Shown: positions 24,690-38,086 of the stretch, piece after piece | Layout of the letters: every line of letters starts with the position of its first letter | Numbering within the stretch: position 1 is the first letter of the stretch | NCBI RefSeq assembly: GCF_963921235.1 | Contig: NC_086108.1 | Location: forward strand, 80,106,001-80,170,000 | Length of the DNA stretch: 64,000 nucleotides | Source: Mobula hypostoma | Taxonomy: Eukaryota | Direction: 5' to 3' | Program-made: the position numbers and the translations under genes | The notes under the pieces: model-generated | Told to the model about the DNA's origin: nothing | Databases searched by the model: none | Seen by the model: only the letters and a program-made list of their open reading frames with translations

Positions 24690-27135
24690 TCCTTTCTTTC
24701 TTTCTTTTCAAATCTTTTTATTGTTACATTATACAGGAAAAATAACTTGAGTGCATTGAAGTAACAACACTTACAATATCTCAAAAAAGACATTATCTTA
24801 AAGATTGGAAAAAAATTTTGTGATAACAAAAAAAACCTACTAAGCAGAAAAATGAGAAAAAAAAAAGAACCTGTTAGGTATACAACCACGGAGTCATGCG
24901 TCATACAAAAAGCTTCTAAAAATAAACATCAAACCGCCAGCAAAAAAAGAAAATATACTAAAAAATTTATAATTAGATCGTGGAAAAATTACATCAATTA
25001 ACTCAAATGATAATAACGAGCAAATGAGCCCCATCTTTTCTCAAAATCAAGTAAAGGTTCAAAGGTTTGACTGCTAATTTTCTCCAAACTAAGACATAGC
25101 ATCACATGAGAGAACAATTGTGACAAAGTGGAAGCTGATGTATCCTTCCACTTTAACAAAATGGCCCTCCTAGCTATCAATGTAACAAATGCAATAACAT
25201 GTTGGTCAGACACAGAAATACCATGAATATTTTGAGGAATTATTCCAAAAAAGCACAGTTAATTTATTAGGATGTAAATTAATTTTAAGTGCTTTAGAAA
25301 TTGTTGAAAAAACCGACTTCCAGAACTGTTCCAATATAGAACAAGACCAAAACATATGTGTCAGTGTAGCTATCTCAGTTTTACATCTATCACATTGACT
25401 ATCAACATTAGAAAAGATTTTAGAAAGTCTCTCCTTTGTCAAATGATAATGATGTACAATTTTAAATTGAATCAATGAATGGCTAGCACAAATTGAAGAA
25501 GAGTTAACCAACTTCAAAATCCACATCCAATCCTCTGTCATAAAAGTCAAATTAAGTTCCTTTTCCCAATCCTGTTTAATCTTAGATAAAGGACGCTTAT
25601 CCCATTGTATTAATAAATTATAAATTCTTCCAATATAACCCTTAATCAAAGGATTCATACTCATAATAGTATCTAACAGGTCAGCCTCCAATATGTAAGG
25701 AAAATTACTTAAATATTTTTGTAAAAAATGTCTAACTTGAAGGTACCGCGGAAAGTGAGAGTATGAAAGAGAATATTTATCAATTAATTGTTCAAAAGAC
25801 ATCAATCTATCTTCTTTAAATAAAGCCAAAAAAGAATTAATACCTTTATTTTTCCAAAGTAAAAAAATTGGATCACTCAAAAAAGGCTTAAAAAAGTAAT
25901 TTCGGTAAATTAAACTACAAAGTTTAATTTTTTTAAGATTAAAAAAACTGCAGAACTGGAGCCAAATTTGTAAAGGATACTTAATCACAGGATATAGGTT
26001 TAAATTAACAACTTTAGCTAATTGCATAGGTAAAGGAGCTCCCAATAACAAGATTAAATAAAACTGTTTTACAACTTTCAGTTCCAGGTCTACCCAAATT
26101 TTCCGATCACTCTTATCAACCCAGTATAACCAAAAAGACATATATCGCACATTAACACCCCAATAATACATTCTTAGGTTAGGCGAAGCAAGACCTCCAT
26201 CTTTTTTCAATTTTTGTAAGTGATATTTACTAATTCTTGGTCTTTTATTATTCCAAATAAAAGATAAAATAATAGAATCAATCCGATCAAAAAACTTCCT
26301 AGTCAAAAAAACAAGAATATTCTGAAATAAATATAAAAATTTCGGTAAAACCATCATTTTAACTATATGAATACCACCAACAAGTGAAAATGTAAGTGGA
26401 GTCCATCTACTAAATAAATACTTCATACAGTCTACTAAGGGAACAAAATTGGCTTTATAAAGATCCTTATATTTTTTAGTAATTATAATACCTAGATATC
26501 TAAAATAGTCTGTAACTTTAAAAGGAGTATTATCATATATAGAGACAGAATCATTTAAAGGAAACAATTCACTTTTACGAAAATTTATTTTATATCCTGA
26601 AAAACCTCCAAATTTATTAAATAATTTTAGCAAGGCAGGAATGGATTCGTCAGGGTTAGATATATAAACCAATAAATCATCAGCGTAAAGAGAGATCTTA
26701 TGCATGGTCTCATTCACAAATATCCCATGGATATTTTTAGCCTTACGAAGAGCAGTAGCAAGGGGTTCTAATATTAAATTAAACAACCAAGGACTTAATG
26801 GACAGCCTTGCCTTGTCCCCCGTGAAAGCTGAAAAAAAGGAGACCTACAATTGTTAAGTGACAACAGTAGCAATAGGGTCTTTATATATCATTTTAATCC
26901 AATTATTAAAATTAGCACCAAAGCCAAATTTCTCTAAAACACTGAACAAATATTTCCATTCGACTCGATCGAATGCTTTTTCAGCATCCAAAGATACAAC
27001 ACATTGTGGAGTTTTAAGAGGACGAATATATAATGTTAAATAGTCTCCAAACATTTGAAAAAGAATAGCGACCCTTTATAAAGCCTGTTTGATCTTTAAA
27101 AATAATTTTACCCAAAATATTCTCCAACTGAACAT
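24690..27135 (-). mobile_element. 5'-truncated AT-rich L1-clade LINE: ORF2 RT plus C-terminal CCHC, frameshifted
   Basis: DQTGFIKGR, SLDAEKAFDRVEW, RGTRQGCPLSP, SLYADD, FRYLGI and CDRC..THMFWSC. AATAAA and (GAAA)n tail at about 24692-24722. Confidence 0.93.
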
Positions 27136-27814
27136 TCATTCCTTCGACAAATAGTGCACAATGCCTCCTACAGCACCTCCCAAACCTGCAGCCTGTGCCA
27201 CAGAGGATCAGGGTAATTGGCACATAAATAACACCTAGCACTTTCAGCTCCCTCCAAATTACACAAGATCCCAAATTGTAAAGTTTTATTGCTTGCCCAT
27301 CTTTATTGCAGTCAAAACCCTGAAATTCTCTATTTAATTGCACTGGGCATTATGTTTACAAGGAGGACTGCCCTGGATTGAGAAAGCAATTCACCACCAG
27401 GGTTGGGCAATAAGTGCTAGCCTTGGCAGTAACACTAAGATCTCAAAAGATAAATTAATAAAGAAAATTCAATGAACAATGAATATAGATACTAAGGTCA
27501 TTTGGTATCAAAGTAAATGGCACAAGTAAAATTGTTGTGCTTATGGGATGACAAATTCGTTTGGCACCTGGACACCATCGCAGTAGTTCACAGAATATAA
27601 TCAGAGTAGTTTTTTTTTCAGTACAGAATGGATGCCTTTAAGCATTTCAAAGAGCAGTCCAAGAGCGCTGTTGTTGTTTTTCCTGAAGGAAAGAAGGTTG
27701 AGAGGTGACTTGATATTCCGGAGGCTCAATCAGCAGCGGGAACAGAGCACAGCAATGAGGTTTCTCATAGGTCGGGAATGCTTGTTTAAAAGGACAGCTA
27801 CGTGGGTGCTCAGA

Positions 27815-29112
27815 CATAGGCCAAAGCCAGCATGGTTTCCTACAAGGAAAATATTGCCTGACAAGCCTACTGCAATTCTTTGAGGAAATTACAAACAGGA
27901 TAGACAAAGGAGATGCAGTAGATGTAGCGTACGTGGATTTTCAGAAGGTCTTTGACAAGGTGCCGCACATGAGGCTGCTTTGCAAGATATGAGCCCATGG
28001 AATTACAGGGAAGTTATTAGCATGAGTGGAGCATTAGATGGTCGGCAGAAGACAGAGAGTGGGAATAAAGGGACCCTATTCTGGCTGGCTGCCGGTTACC
28101 AGTGGAGTACCACAGAGGTCGGTGTTGGGACTGTTTTTTACGATGTATGTCAATGATTTAGACCACAGTATCAATGGATTTGAGGCTAAATTTGCCAATA
28201 ATACAAAGATAGGTGGAGGAGCAGGTCGTATTGAGGAAACAGAGAGCCTGCAGAGAGACTTAGATAGTTTAGGGGAATGGGCAAAGAAGTGGCAAATGAA
28301 ATACAATGTTGGAAAGTGTATGGTCATGCACTTTGCTGGAAAAAATAAACAGGCAGACTATTACTTAGGTGGGCAGAGAATTCAAAATGCAGAGATGCAG
28401 AGGGACTTGGGAGATCTTGCGCAAGATACCCTAAAGGCTAACTTCCAGGTTGAGTTGTTGTGAAGAAGGCAAGTGCAACGTTGCCATTCATTTCTAGAGG
28501 TATAAAATATAAGAGCAGGGATGTGATATTGAGACTCTATAAGGCACTCATGACACCAAAAACTGGACTATTGTGTGCAGTTTTGGGCTTCTTATTTTAG
28601 AAAGCTGACATTGGAGAAAGTTCAGAGAAGGTTCACGAGAATGACTCCAGGAGTGAAAAGATTACCGTATGAGGAACGCCTGGCAGCTCTTGGGCTGTAT
28701 TCCCTGGAGTTCAGGAGAATGAGGGGGTATCTCATAGAAACATTCCGAATGTTAAGAGGCCTGAACAGATTAGATACGGCAAAGTTATTTCTCATGGTAG
28801 GGGATTCTAGGACAAGAGGGCACAACTTTAGGATTGAAAGGCGTCCTTTGAGAACTGAGATGCGGAGAAATTACTTTAGTCAGAGGGTGGTAAATCTATG
28901 GAATTTGTTGCCATGAGCGTGTGTGGAAGCCAAGTCATTGGGTGTATTTAAGGCAGAGGTAGATAGGTTCTTGATTAGCCAGGGCATCAAAGGGTATGGG
29001 GAAAAAGCAGGGGAGTGGGGATGACTGGAAGAATTGGATCAGCCCATGATTGAATGGCGGAGCAGACTTGATGGGCCGAATGGCCTACTTCTGCTCCTAT
29101 ATCTTATGGTCT
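27815..29112 (+). mobile_element. CR1 LINE 3' part (RT to tail)
   Basis: SGVPQRSVLG, KFANNTK, FWASY..LEKVQRRFTRM and TRGHNFRI, then tail cctacttctgctcctatatcttatggtctta. Confidence 0.92.
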
Positions 29113-32100
29113 TATTCCGGGGGCCCAATCAGCGGTGGGAGCAGAGCACAGTGAATTAAATCAAAGTACAGAAGGGACAAGCGAGGTGGCCATTGTTGGG
29201 AGTAGGCTAGTGGTGAGAGTAGGATGTCAGGCTTTGGCTCAAAAGAAGCATCGGCTCGGCAGAGGTGTTGGCTCTGGATAAGTTTCTGTTAAGGTTCCCC
29301 TTTCTTTCTCCCTCTTGCTGTACCTAGTGTAGTAAATGGCCATTGTGTGTTCTTCATGCCGGATGTTGGGAGTCATGAGAGATGCAGGGTCTCCAATGAT
29401 GTCTACATCTACATGATGTGCATCCACCTACAGCTCCTTGAAGACCATGTTAGGAATCTGGAGCAGCAGCTGGATGACCTTCAGCTTGTACAGAAGAGTG
29501 ATGAGAGAATCAATCAGTTACAGGGAAGCAGTCCGCTGAAGTTGCAGGAAGCGAGTACATGGGTGACTGTTCGGAGAAATGTAAATGTAAATAGGCAGTT
29601 AGTGCAGAGCACCCTTGTGGCCATTCCCCTCAAAAAATAAGTATATAGTTTTGGATATGGTTGTGGAGGATGACCTCCCAGGGGAATGCCACGGAGACCA
29701 GGTTACTAGAACTGAGCATGGGTTTGTGGTGCAAAAAGTAAAGGGGGAAAAGAGGGGAGCGGTAGTGAAAGGAGACTCATTAGTCAGAGGAACAGACAGG
29801 AGATTCTGCGGACGTGAATGTGATACCTGGACGGTATGGTGCCTCCCAAGTATCAGGGTCAGGGACATCTCAGATTGTGTCCACAGCATATTAGAGAGGA
29901 AGGGAGAGCAGCCAGATGTCTTGGTACATATTGGTAACAATGAAATAGGGAGGAAAAGCAATGAGGTCCTGAAGACAGAATTTAGAGAGCTCGGCAGAAA
30001 GCTGAGAAGCAGGACCTCCAAGTTCGTAAGTTCTGGATTGCTACCTGTGCCACGTGGTATTGCCGGTAGAAACAGGATGATTTGACAGATAAATGCGTGG
30101 CTGAGAAGCTGGTGCATGGGGAAGGGCTCTTCTGGGGAAGGTATGACCTTCACAAAAGTGACGGGTTGCACTTGAAACGGAGGGGGACCAATATTCTCCT
30201 GGGCAGGTTTGTTCGAGCTGTTGGGGAGGGTTTAAATTAATTTGGCAGGGGTGTAGGAACTAGAATGAAGAGACTCAGGATAGAACAAATGGTCTCAATG
30301 CAAAGAGCATAAGAAAAAAGGTGGGTGAACTTATTGCACTATTACAGATTGTCAGGTATGATGTTGTGGCCATCACGGAATCATGGCTGAAGGATGGTTG
30401 TAGTTGGGAGCTGAACATCCAAGGTTACACGTTGTATGGGAGGAATAGGAAGGTAGTGTGGCTCTGCTGATAAGGAATGGCATCAAATCACTAGAAAGAT
30501 GAGACCTAGGGTCAGAAGATGTTAAATCCTTGTGGGTTGAGTTAAGAAGCGGCAAGGGCTGATGGCAGTTATATACAGACCTCCCAACAGTAGCTGGGAT
30601 GTGGATCACAGATTACAACATGAAATTGAAAAGGCAAGGCAAAAGGGCAAAGTTGATAGACATGGGAGATTTTAACATGCAGGTCAACTGGGAAAATCAG
30701 GTTGGTAATGAATCTCAAGAGAGTGAGTTTGTTGAATGCCTACGAGACGGTTTTTCAGAGCAGTTGGCTGTTGAGCCTACTAGGGGATCAGCTATACTCG
30801 ATTGGGTGTCGTGTAATGAAACGGAGGCGATTAGGGAGCTTAAGGTAAAAGATCTCCCAGGAACCAGTGATCACAATATGACTGTGTTCAACTTGGAATT
30901 TGATAGGAGGAAGTAAAGTCTGACATAGCAGTATTTCAGTGGAGTAATGGAAATTACCATGGTATGAGAGAGGAATTGGCCAAAGTAAATTGGAAGGAGA
31001 TGCTGACAGGGATGACAGTCGAGCAGCAATGGCGTGAGCTTCTGGGCAAAATGAGGAAGGTGCAGAACAAATGTATTCAAAAAACAAAGAAATACTCAAA
31101 TAGCAATAGTACAACCGTGGCTGACAAGGGAAGCCAAAGCTAATGTAAAAACAAAAGAGAGAGATACAACAAAGCAAAAGTTAGCAGGAAGATAGAGGAT
31201 TGGGAAGCTTTTAAAAACCTACAGAGAGCAACTAAAAGAATCGTTCCAAGGGAAGGGATGAAATACAAACATAGAAAACATACAGCACAATATAGGCACT
31301 TTGACCCACAATGCTGTGCTGAACATGTACTTACTTTAGAAATTACCTAGGCTTACCCATAGCCCTCTATTTTTCTAAGCTCCATGTACCTGTCCAGGAG
31401 TCTCTTAAAAGACCCTATCGTATCTAACTCCACCACCGTTGCCGGCAGCCCAATCCACGCACTCACCATTCTCTGCGTAAAAACTTACCCGTGACACCTC
31501 CTCTGTACCTACTTCCAAGCACCTTAAAACTGCACCCTCTCGTGTTATCCATTTCAGCCCTGGGAAAATGCCTCTGACTATCCACATGACCAATGCCTCT
31601 CATCATCTTATACACCTCTATCAGGTCACCTCTCATCCTCCGACACTCCAAGGAGAAAAGGCCGAGTTCATTCAACCTATTCTCATCAGGCATGCTCCCC
31701 AATCCAGACAACATCCTTGTAAATCTCCTCTACATCCATTCTACAGATTCCATATCCTTCCTGCAGTGAACATTGGTTCTTGAACTCAATCCCACAGCTG
31801 ATGAAGGCCAATGCTCTGTATGCCTTCATAACCACAGAGTCAACCTGCGCAGCAGCTTTGAGTGTCCTATGGACTCAGAACCCAAGATCCCTCTGATCCT
31901 CCACACTGCCAGGAGTCTTACCATTAATACTATATTCTGTCATCATAGTTGAGCTACCAAAATGAACCACCTCACACTTATCTGGGTTGAACTCTATCTG
32001 CCACTTCTCAGCCTAGTTTTGCATCCTATTGATGTCCCGCTGTAACCTCTGACAACCATCCAGACTATCCACAACACCCCCAAGCTTTGTGTCATCAGCA

Positions 32101-34850
32101 AACGTACTAACCCACCCTTCTATTACTTCATCCAAGTCATTTATAAAAATCACAAAGAGGAGGAGTCCCAGAACAGATCCCTGCGGAACACCACTGGTCA
32201 CTGACCTCCATACAGAATATGAACCATGTACAACTACCCTTTGCCTTCTGTAGGCAAGCCAACACTGGATCCACAAAGCAAGGTCCCCTTGGATCCCATG
32301 CCTCCTTACTTTCACAATAAGCCTTGCATGGGGTACCTTACCAAATGCCTTGCTGAAATCCATATACACCACATCTACTGTTCTACCTTTATCAATGTGT
32401 TGAGACACATCCTCAAAAAATTCAATCAGGCTTGTAAGGCACGACCTGCCTTTGACGAAGCCATGCTGACTATTCGTAATCATATTATGCCTCTCTAAGT
32501 GTTCATAAATCCTGCCTCTCAGGATCTTTTCCATCACCTTACCAACCACTGTCTTAAGACTCACTGGGCTATCTCTACACCCTTTCTTGAATAAGGGAAC
32601 AACATCTGCAACTCTCCAATCCTCTGGAACCTCTCCCATCCCCATTGATGAGATCATCACCAGAGGCTCAGCAATCTCCTCCCTTGCCTCCCACAGTAGC
32701 CTGGGGTACATCTCATCCGGTCCCAGAGACTTATCCAACTCAATGCTTTCCAAAAGCTCCAGCACATCCTCTTTCTTAATGACTATATGCTCAAGCTTTT
32801 CAATCCGCTGTAAGTCATCCCTACAATCCCAAAGATCCTTTTCTGTAGTAAATACTGAAGCGAAGTATTCATTAAGTATCTCTGCTATTTCCTCCGGTTC
32901 CATACACACTTTCCCACTGTCACATTTGATTGGTCCTATTCCCCCATGTCTCATCCTCTTGCTCTTCACATACTTGTAAATATGAAAGCAAGCTAGCAAA
33001 CAATATCAAAGTGGATTGTAAAAGCTTTTTCAAGTATGTGAAAAATAAAACAGAGATGAGAGTGAATATAGGACTGGTAGAAAATGAGGTCGGCGAAATA
33101 ACAGGGTGGAAGGAGATAACAGATTAACTAAATGAGTATTTTTCATCAGTCTTTACTGTGGTAGACACTAGCAATGTGCCAGATGTCCAAGTGTGTGAAG
33201 GAACAGAAATGAATGCAGTTACTATTACAAGGGAGAAGGTGCTCAAAAAGCTGAAAGACCTAAGGGTACATAAGTCACCCTGACCAGATGAACTGCACCC
33301 TAAGGTTATGTGACAGGTAGCATTAGAGATTGTGGATGCATTAGCAATGATCTTTCAAAAATCATTGGACTCTGGCATGATGTCAGAGGACTGGAAAATT
33401 GCAAATGTCACTCCACTCTTTAAGAAAGGAGGAAGGCAGCAGAAAGGAAATTATAGACCAATTAGACTGACCTCAGTAGTTGGGAAGATGTTGCAGTCAA
33501 TTGTTAAGGATGAGGTTATGGAGTACTTGGTGACACAGGACAAGATGGGACAAAGTCAGCATATTTCCTTAAGGAAAAATCTTGCCTGAAGAACCTGTTG
33601 GAATTCTTTGAGGAAATTACAAGTAGGATGGATAAAGAGGATGCAGTGGATGTTATATATTTGGATTTTCAGAAGGCCTTGGACAAGGTGCCACACATGA
33701 GGCTGCTTATCAAGTTGAGAGCCCATGGTATAACAGGAATGTTGCTAGCATGGCTAGTGCATTGGCTGATTGATATGAGGCAGTGAGTGGGAATAAAAGG
33801 ATTCTTGTCTGGTTGGCTGCCAATGACTAGTGGTGTTCTGCAGGGGTCGGTGTTGGGACCACTTCTTTTTATGTTGTATATCAATGATTTAGATGATGGA
33901 ATAGATGGCTTTGTTGCCAAATCTGCAGATGATACGAAGATTGGTGGAGGGGCAGGTAGTGTTGAGGAAACAGGTAGGCTGCAGAAGGACTTAGACATTA
34001 GGAGAATGGGCAAGAAAGTGGCAAATGAAATACAACATTGGAAAATGCATGGTCATGCAGTGTGGTAGTAGAAATAAATGTACAGACTATTTTCTAGACA
34101 GGGAGAAAATCCAAAAGTCTGAGATGCAAATGTACTTGGGAGTCCTTGTGCAGAACACTCAAAGTTAACTTGCAGGTTGAGTCGGTAGCGAGGAAGGTAA
34201 ATGCAACGTTAGCATTCATTTCGAGAAGTCTTGAATACAAAAGCAGGGATGTAATGCTGAGGTTTTATAAGGCACTGGTGAGGCCTCACCTTGACTATTG
34301 TGAACAGTTGGTGGCTCCACATCTAAAAACAGATGTGCTGACATTGGAGAGGGTCCAGAGGCGGTTCACAAGGATGATTCTGGGAATGAAAGGGTTATCA
34401 TACACGGAACATTTGATGCCTCTGGCTTGTATTCACTGGAATTCAGAGGGATGAGGGTGGGGGAACCTCATTGAAACCTTTCGAATGTTGAAAGCCCTAG
34501 ACAGATTAGATGTGGAAAGGATGTTTCCCATGGTGGGAGAGTCTAGGACAAGAGGGCACAGCCTCAGGATAGAGGGGTGTCCATTTAAAACAGAGATGCA
34601 AAGAAATTTTTTTAGCCAGAGGGTAGTGAATTTGTGGAATTTGTTACCACAGGTACCTGTGGAGGCCAGGTTGTTGGGTGTATTTTAGGTAGAGCTTGAT
34701 AGTTTCTTGATTGGACAAGGCATCAAAGATTACAGGGAGAAGGCTGAGGTATGGGGTTGAAGAGTGGAAAAAAGGATCAGCCATGACTAAATAGTGAAGC
34801 ACACTCGATGGGCCAAATGGCCCAATTCTGCTCCTATGTCTTATGGTCTT
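29113..34850 (+). mobile_element. Near full-length decayed CR1 (5'UTR, ORF1 with SGNH-esterase-like domain, ORF2 APE and RT, tail), interrupted by an antisense CR1
   Basis: ORF1 has GDSLVRGTDRRFCG, VLVHIGNNEIG and SGLLPVP. ORF2 has MGDFN, EPTRGSAILD, SDHN, ANVTPLFKKG, NYRPIRLTS, QGSVLGP and SADDTK. Many stops and frameshifts. Confidence 0.92.
31266..32977 (-). mobile_element. CR1 (second subfamily) 3' part inserted antisense into the previous CR1
   Basis: 328-aa ORF 32013-32999 has SGVPQGSVLG and FADDTK. Short TSD AAATA at 31261-31265 and 32978-32982. Confidence 0.92.
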
Positions 34851-35436
34851 AATAGAGGCACACAAGAAAGTGACTGGTTTTAATAAGATAGACAGAGCAA
34901 AGCTCTTCCCAGTTACAAATGGCTTGAGGCAAAAGGCAAATATTTTAAAATTTGGACAAAAAATTCAAGGCAAATAAGGAAAAATGTTTTTAAGCAGAAG
35001 CTTATTAGATCTGGACCCCAATGGCTCATTCTATTTCCATCACCTTTACATTCAAGACTTTTAAGATGTAAATTGGATAGGCACTTGAAGGAAAATGATT
35101 CTTGTGGGTTTTTGGGTAAAAATGGGGGAATGAAAGGGAATGAATCGGTTGACTTAGAAATTTTTTTCGGCCTTGTCCTGTGCTGTAAAATTTCTTTAGT
35201 TTCCCATTAGTCATAATGATGGTGTAATTTCCAGTGCTGCTTGGCTTGCTTTGCCCCTATCCATTTCCCCAAAGGATCGTTTCACAGTTAGCAATAAATT
35301 TCATCTACCATTTACTGGTCAGTGAACAAGATACCTCTTCTTGCCTTTATCACTTTGTCAATTGTGTACACATAAGATAGCAAACAATGAACTGGAGGGG
35401 GATGACCATCCTAGCGAGAAGGTTTGCTAGTACTGT

Positions 35437-35486
35437 ATGTGTGTGTGTGTGTGTGTGTGTGTTTGTGTGTGTGGGGGGGGGGGTGT
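35437..35486 (+). repeat. (GT)n microsatellite plus G-run, inside CR1 ORF1
   Basis: Read directly from the sequence. Confidence 0.9.
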
Positions 35487-36629
35487 GGAATTAAACTAAA
35501 GTTGCAAGGGGATGGGAACCACAACTCCAGAACAGATAGTGGACTGGTTTGGAGAAAGATGTTGTTAAGCCTACATCCAAAGTCAGGAATCAAAAGGTCG
35601 AGCATGATGGGACTAATGTTTTGAGCTGCATATATTTCAATGCTAAGAGTACCGTAGGAAAGTCGGATGAGTTTTGGTCATGGATCAGAATGGGGAAGTA
35701 TGGCATTGTAGTCCTTAATTATGCTTGGTTGCAGACGGGGCAAGACTGGCAACCTGATGTTCCAAGATTCCATTATTTTAGATATGATAGTGTTGGGGGG
35801 GATTAAAAGAAGAGGGGTGGCATTACTAGTCAAGGAAAATGTCACAGCAGTGCTCAGTCAGGACAGAGTGGACAACTCGATTAGTGAGGCTTTAAAGGTA
35901 AAATTGGGGAATAAGAAACATATGACCACATTAACGGGATTATATTCTAGACTATCCAGCACTATACAGGATTTAGAAGATCAAATTTGTAGAGGGAGCG
36001 CAGACTGTTGCAAGAAACATTAAGTTCGGGATAGTAGGCGATTTTAAACTTTCCACATATTAACTGCAAATCCCATACTGTAAAAGGGTTGAATGGGACA
36101 GATCTTGTCAAATGTGTTGAGAAAAAATTGCTTAATCAGTACATAGAAGTCCCAACCAGACAGAGTATGATACTAGCTCTTCTATTAGGGAATGAGAGAG
36201 GGCAGGTGACAGATGTTTGTGTTGGGGACCACATTGCATCTAGTTATCATAATAATTTCAAGGTAATTACGGAAAAGGATAGGTCTGGTCCTCAGGTTGA
36301 GATTCTAAATTGGAGAAAGACCAGTATTGATGGTATCAGAAAGTGTGGACTGGGACTGGTTGTCTTCTGACAAAAGTGTACTTTTTTAGTGGGAGGCTTT
36401 CAAAAGTAAAATTTTGAGTACAGAATTTGTATGTTCCTGTCAGAATAAAGGGCAAGGGTAACAGGTTTAGGGAACCTTGGTTTTCGAGAGATATTAAGGC
36501 CCTGGTTAAGAAAAAGGAGGAAGAGCATAAGAAGGTAGGAACAAATTAGGTACTTGAGAGGTAAAAGAAATGCAAGAGAACACTTAAGAAGGAAATCAGG
36601 AGGGCTAAAATAAGGCATGAGTTTGTTCC

Positions 36630-36796
36630 TGAGCCATGGTCAGACACCCTGAGCCAATAGGCTGGTGCTGGACTTATTTCCTGGCATAATTTACATATTA
36701 CTATTTAATTATTTATGGTTTTATTACCATTTAATTATTTATGGTGCAACTGTAACGAAAACCAATTTCCCCCGGGATCAATAAAGTATGACTATG
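36630..36796 (+). mobile_element. Rex1/Babar-like LINE 3' tail fragment
   Basis: Ends aaccaatttcccccgggatcaataaagtatgactat. The same 36-mer is present reverse-complemented at 24425-24460. Confidence 0.6.
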
Positions 36797-36921
36797 AAAG
36801 GCTCTAAGAATAAGCCAGGAAATTACTGGCTGACATCAGTAGTGGGAAAGTAATTGGAAGGTGCTCTAAGAGACGAGATATATAAGTATTTGAATAGACA
36901 CGGACTGATTAGGGATGGTTT

Positions 36922-37169
36922 CCAGGGCGCAGGCCTGGACAAGGTTTATGGAAGACCAGCAGTTGCCCAAGCTGCAAGTCTCCCCTCTCCACGCCACCGA
37001 TGTTGTCCAAGGGAAGGGCATTAGGACCCATACAGCTCAGCACCGGTGTTGTCACAGAGCAATGTGTGGTTAAGTGCCTTGTTCAAGGACACACACGTTG
37101 CCTCAGCCAAGGCTCAAACTGGTGACTTTCAAATCACTAGATGAACGCCTTAACCACTTGGCCACACGC
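36922..37169 (-). mobile_element. tRNA-derived SINE
   Basis: Minus strand has A box TGGCCAAGTGG and B-box-like GTTTGAGCC, then a CORE-like gtgtccttgaacaaggcacttaac. Confidence 0.7.
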
Positions 37170-37184
37170 TAACACATAAACTTC

Positions 37185-38086
37185 TTGGAAACTATCAACT
37201 TCTGCTTTAAATATACCCACCAACTTGGTTTCTACCGCAGTCTGTGGCAGAGCATTCCACAGATTCACTACTCTCCAGCTAAAAAAATTCCTCCTTACCT
37301 CTATTCTAAAAGGTCACCCCCCCTCCCCCCCCCAATTTTGAGGCTGTGCCTTCCAGTTCTGAATACCCCCACCATAGGAAACATCCTCTCCACAACCACC
37401 CTATCTGGTCCTTTCAACATCAGTAGGTTTCAATGAGATCCTCCCCCCATCCCCTTATTCTTCTAAATTCTGTGAGTACAGGCTCAAAGGCTGCCAAACG
37501 CTCCTCATATGTTAACTCCTTCATTCCTGAAATCATCCTCGTGAACTTCCTCTGGACTCCCTCCAATGACAACACACCCTTTATGAGATATGGGGCCCAA
37601 AACTGTTCACAATATTCCAAGTGCGGCCTGCCTAGTTTCTTATAAAGGCTCAACATTATCTCCTTGCATTTATATTCTATTCTCCTTGAAATAAATGCTA
37701 ACATTGCATTTGCCTTCTTTAATATAGACGTAACCTGTAAATTAACCTACCAGGAGTTTTGCATGAGGACTGCTAAGTCCTTCTGCATCTCTAATGTTTG
37801 AGCCTTCTCCCCATTTAGATAATAGTCCAAAATACATTATCATTCATTTCCCAACACGGTATTCTATCTGCCACTTTTTTGCTCGTTCTTCCAATCTGTC
37901 TAAGTCCTGCTGCAATTGCATAGCTTTCTCAGCACTACCTACCCCTCCACCTGTACGGTTTTCGTGTCATCTGCAAACTTTGCCACAAAGCCATCAATTC
38001 CATTCTCCAAATCACTGACAAACAATATGAAAAGTAGCGGTTCTAATACTGACCCCCTAAGGAACACCACTAGTCACCGGCAGCCA
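37185..38086 (-). mobile_element. CR1 RT/3' fragment nested antisense in CR1
   Basis: MLAFISRRIEYK..RPHLEYCEQFWAPY..VQRKFTRMI. Confidence 0.88.

Noticed and set aside
25206..26873. 555-aa ORF as a novel host gene
   Set aside because: It is L1 ORF2 (RT plus CCHC), 5'-truncated with frameshifts on both sides.
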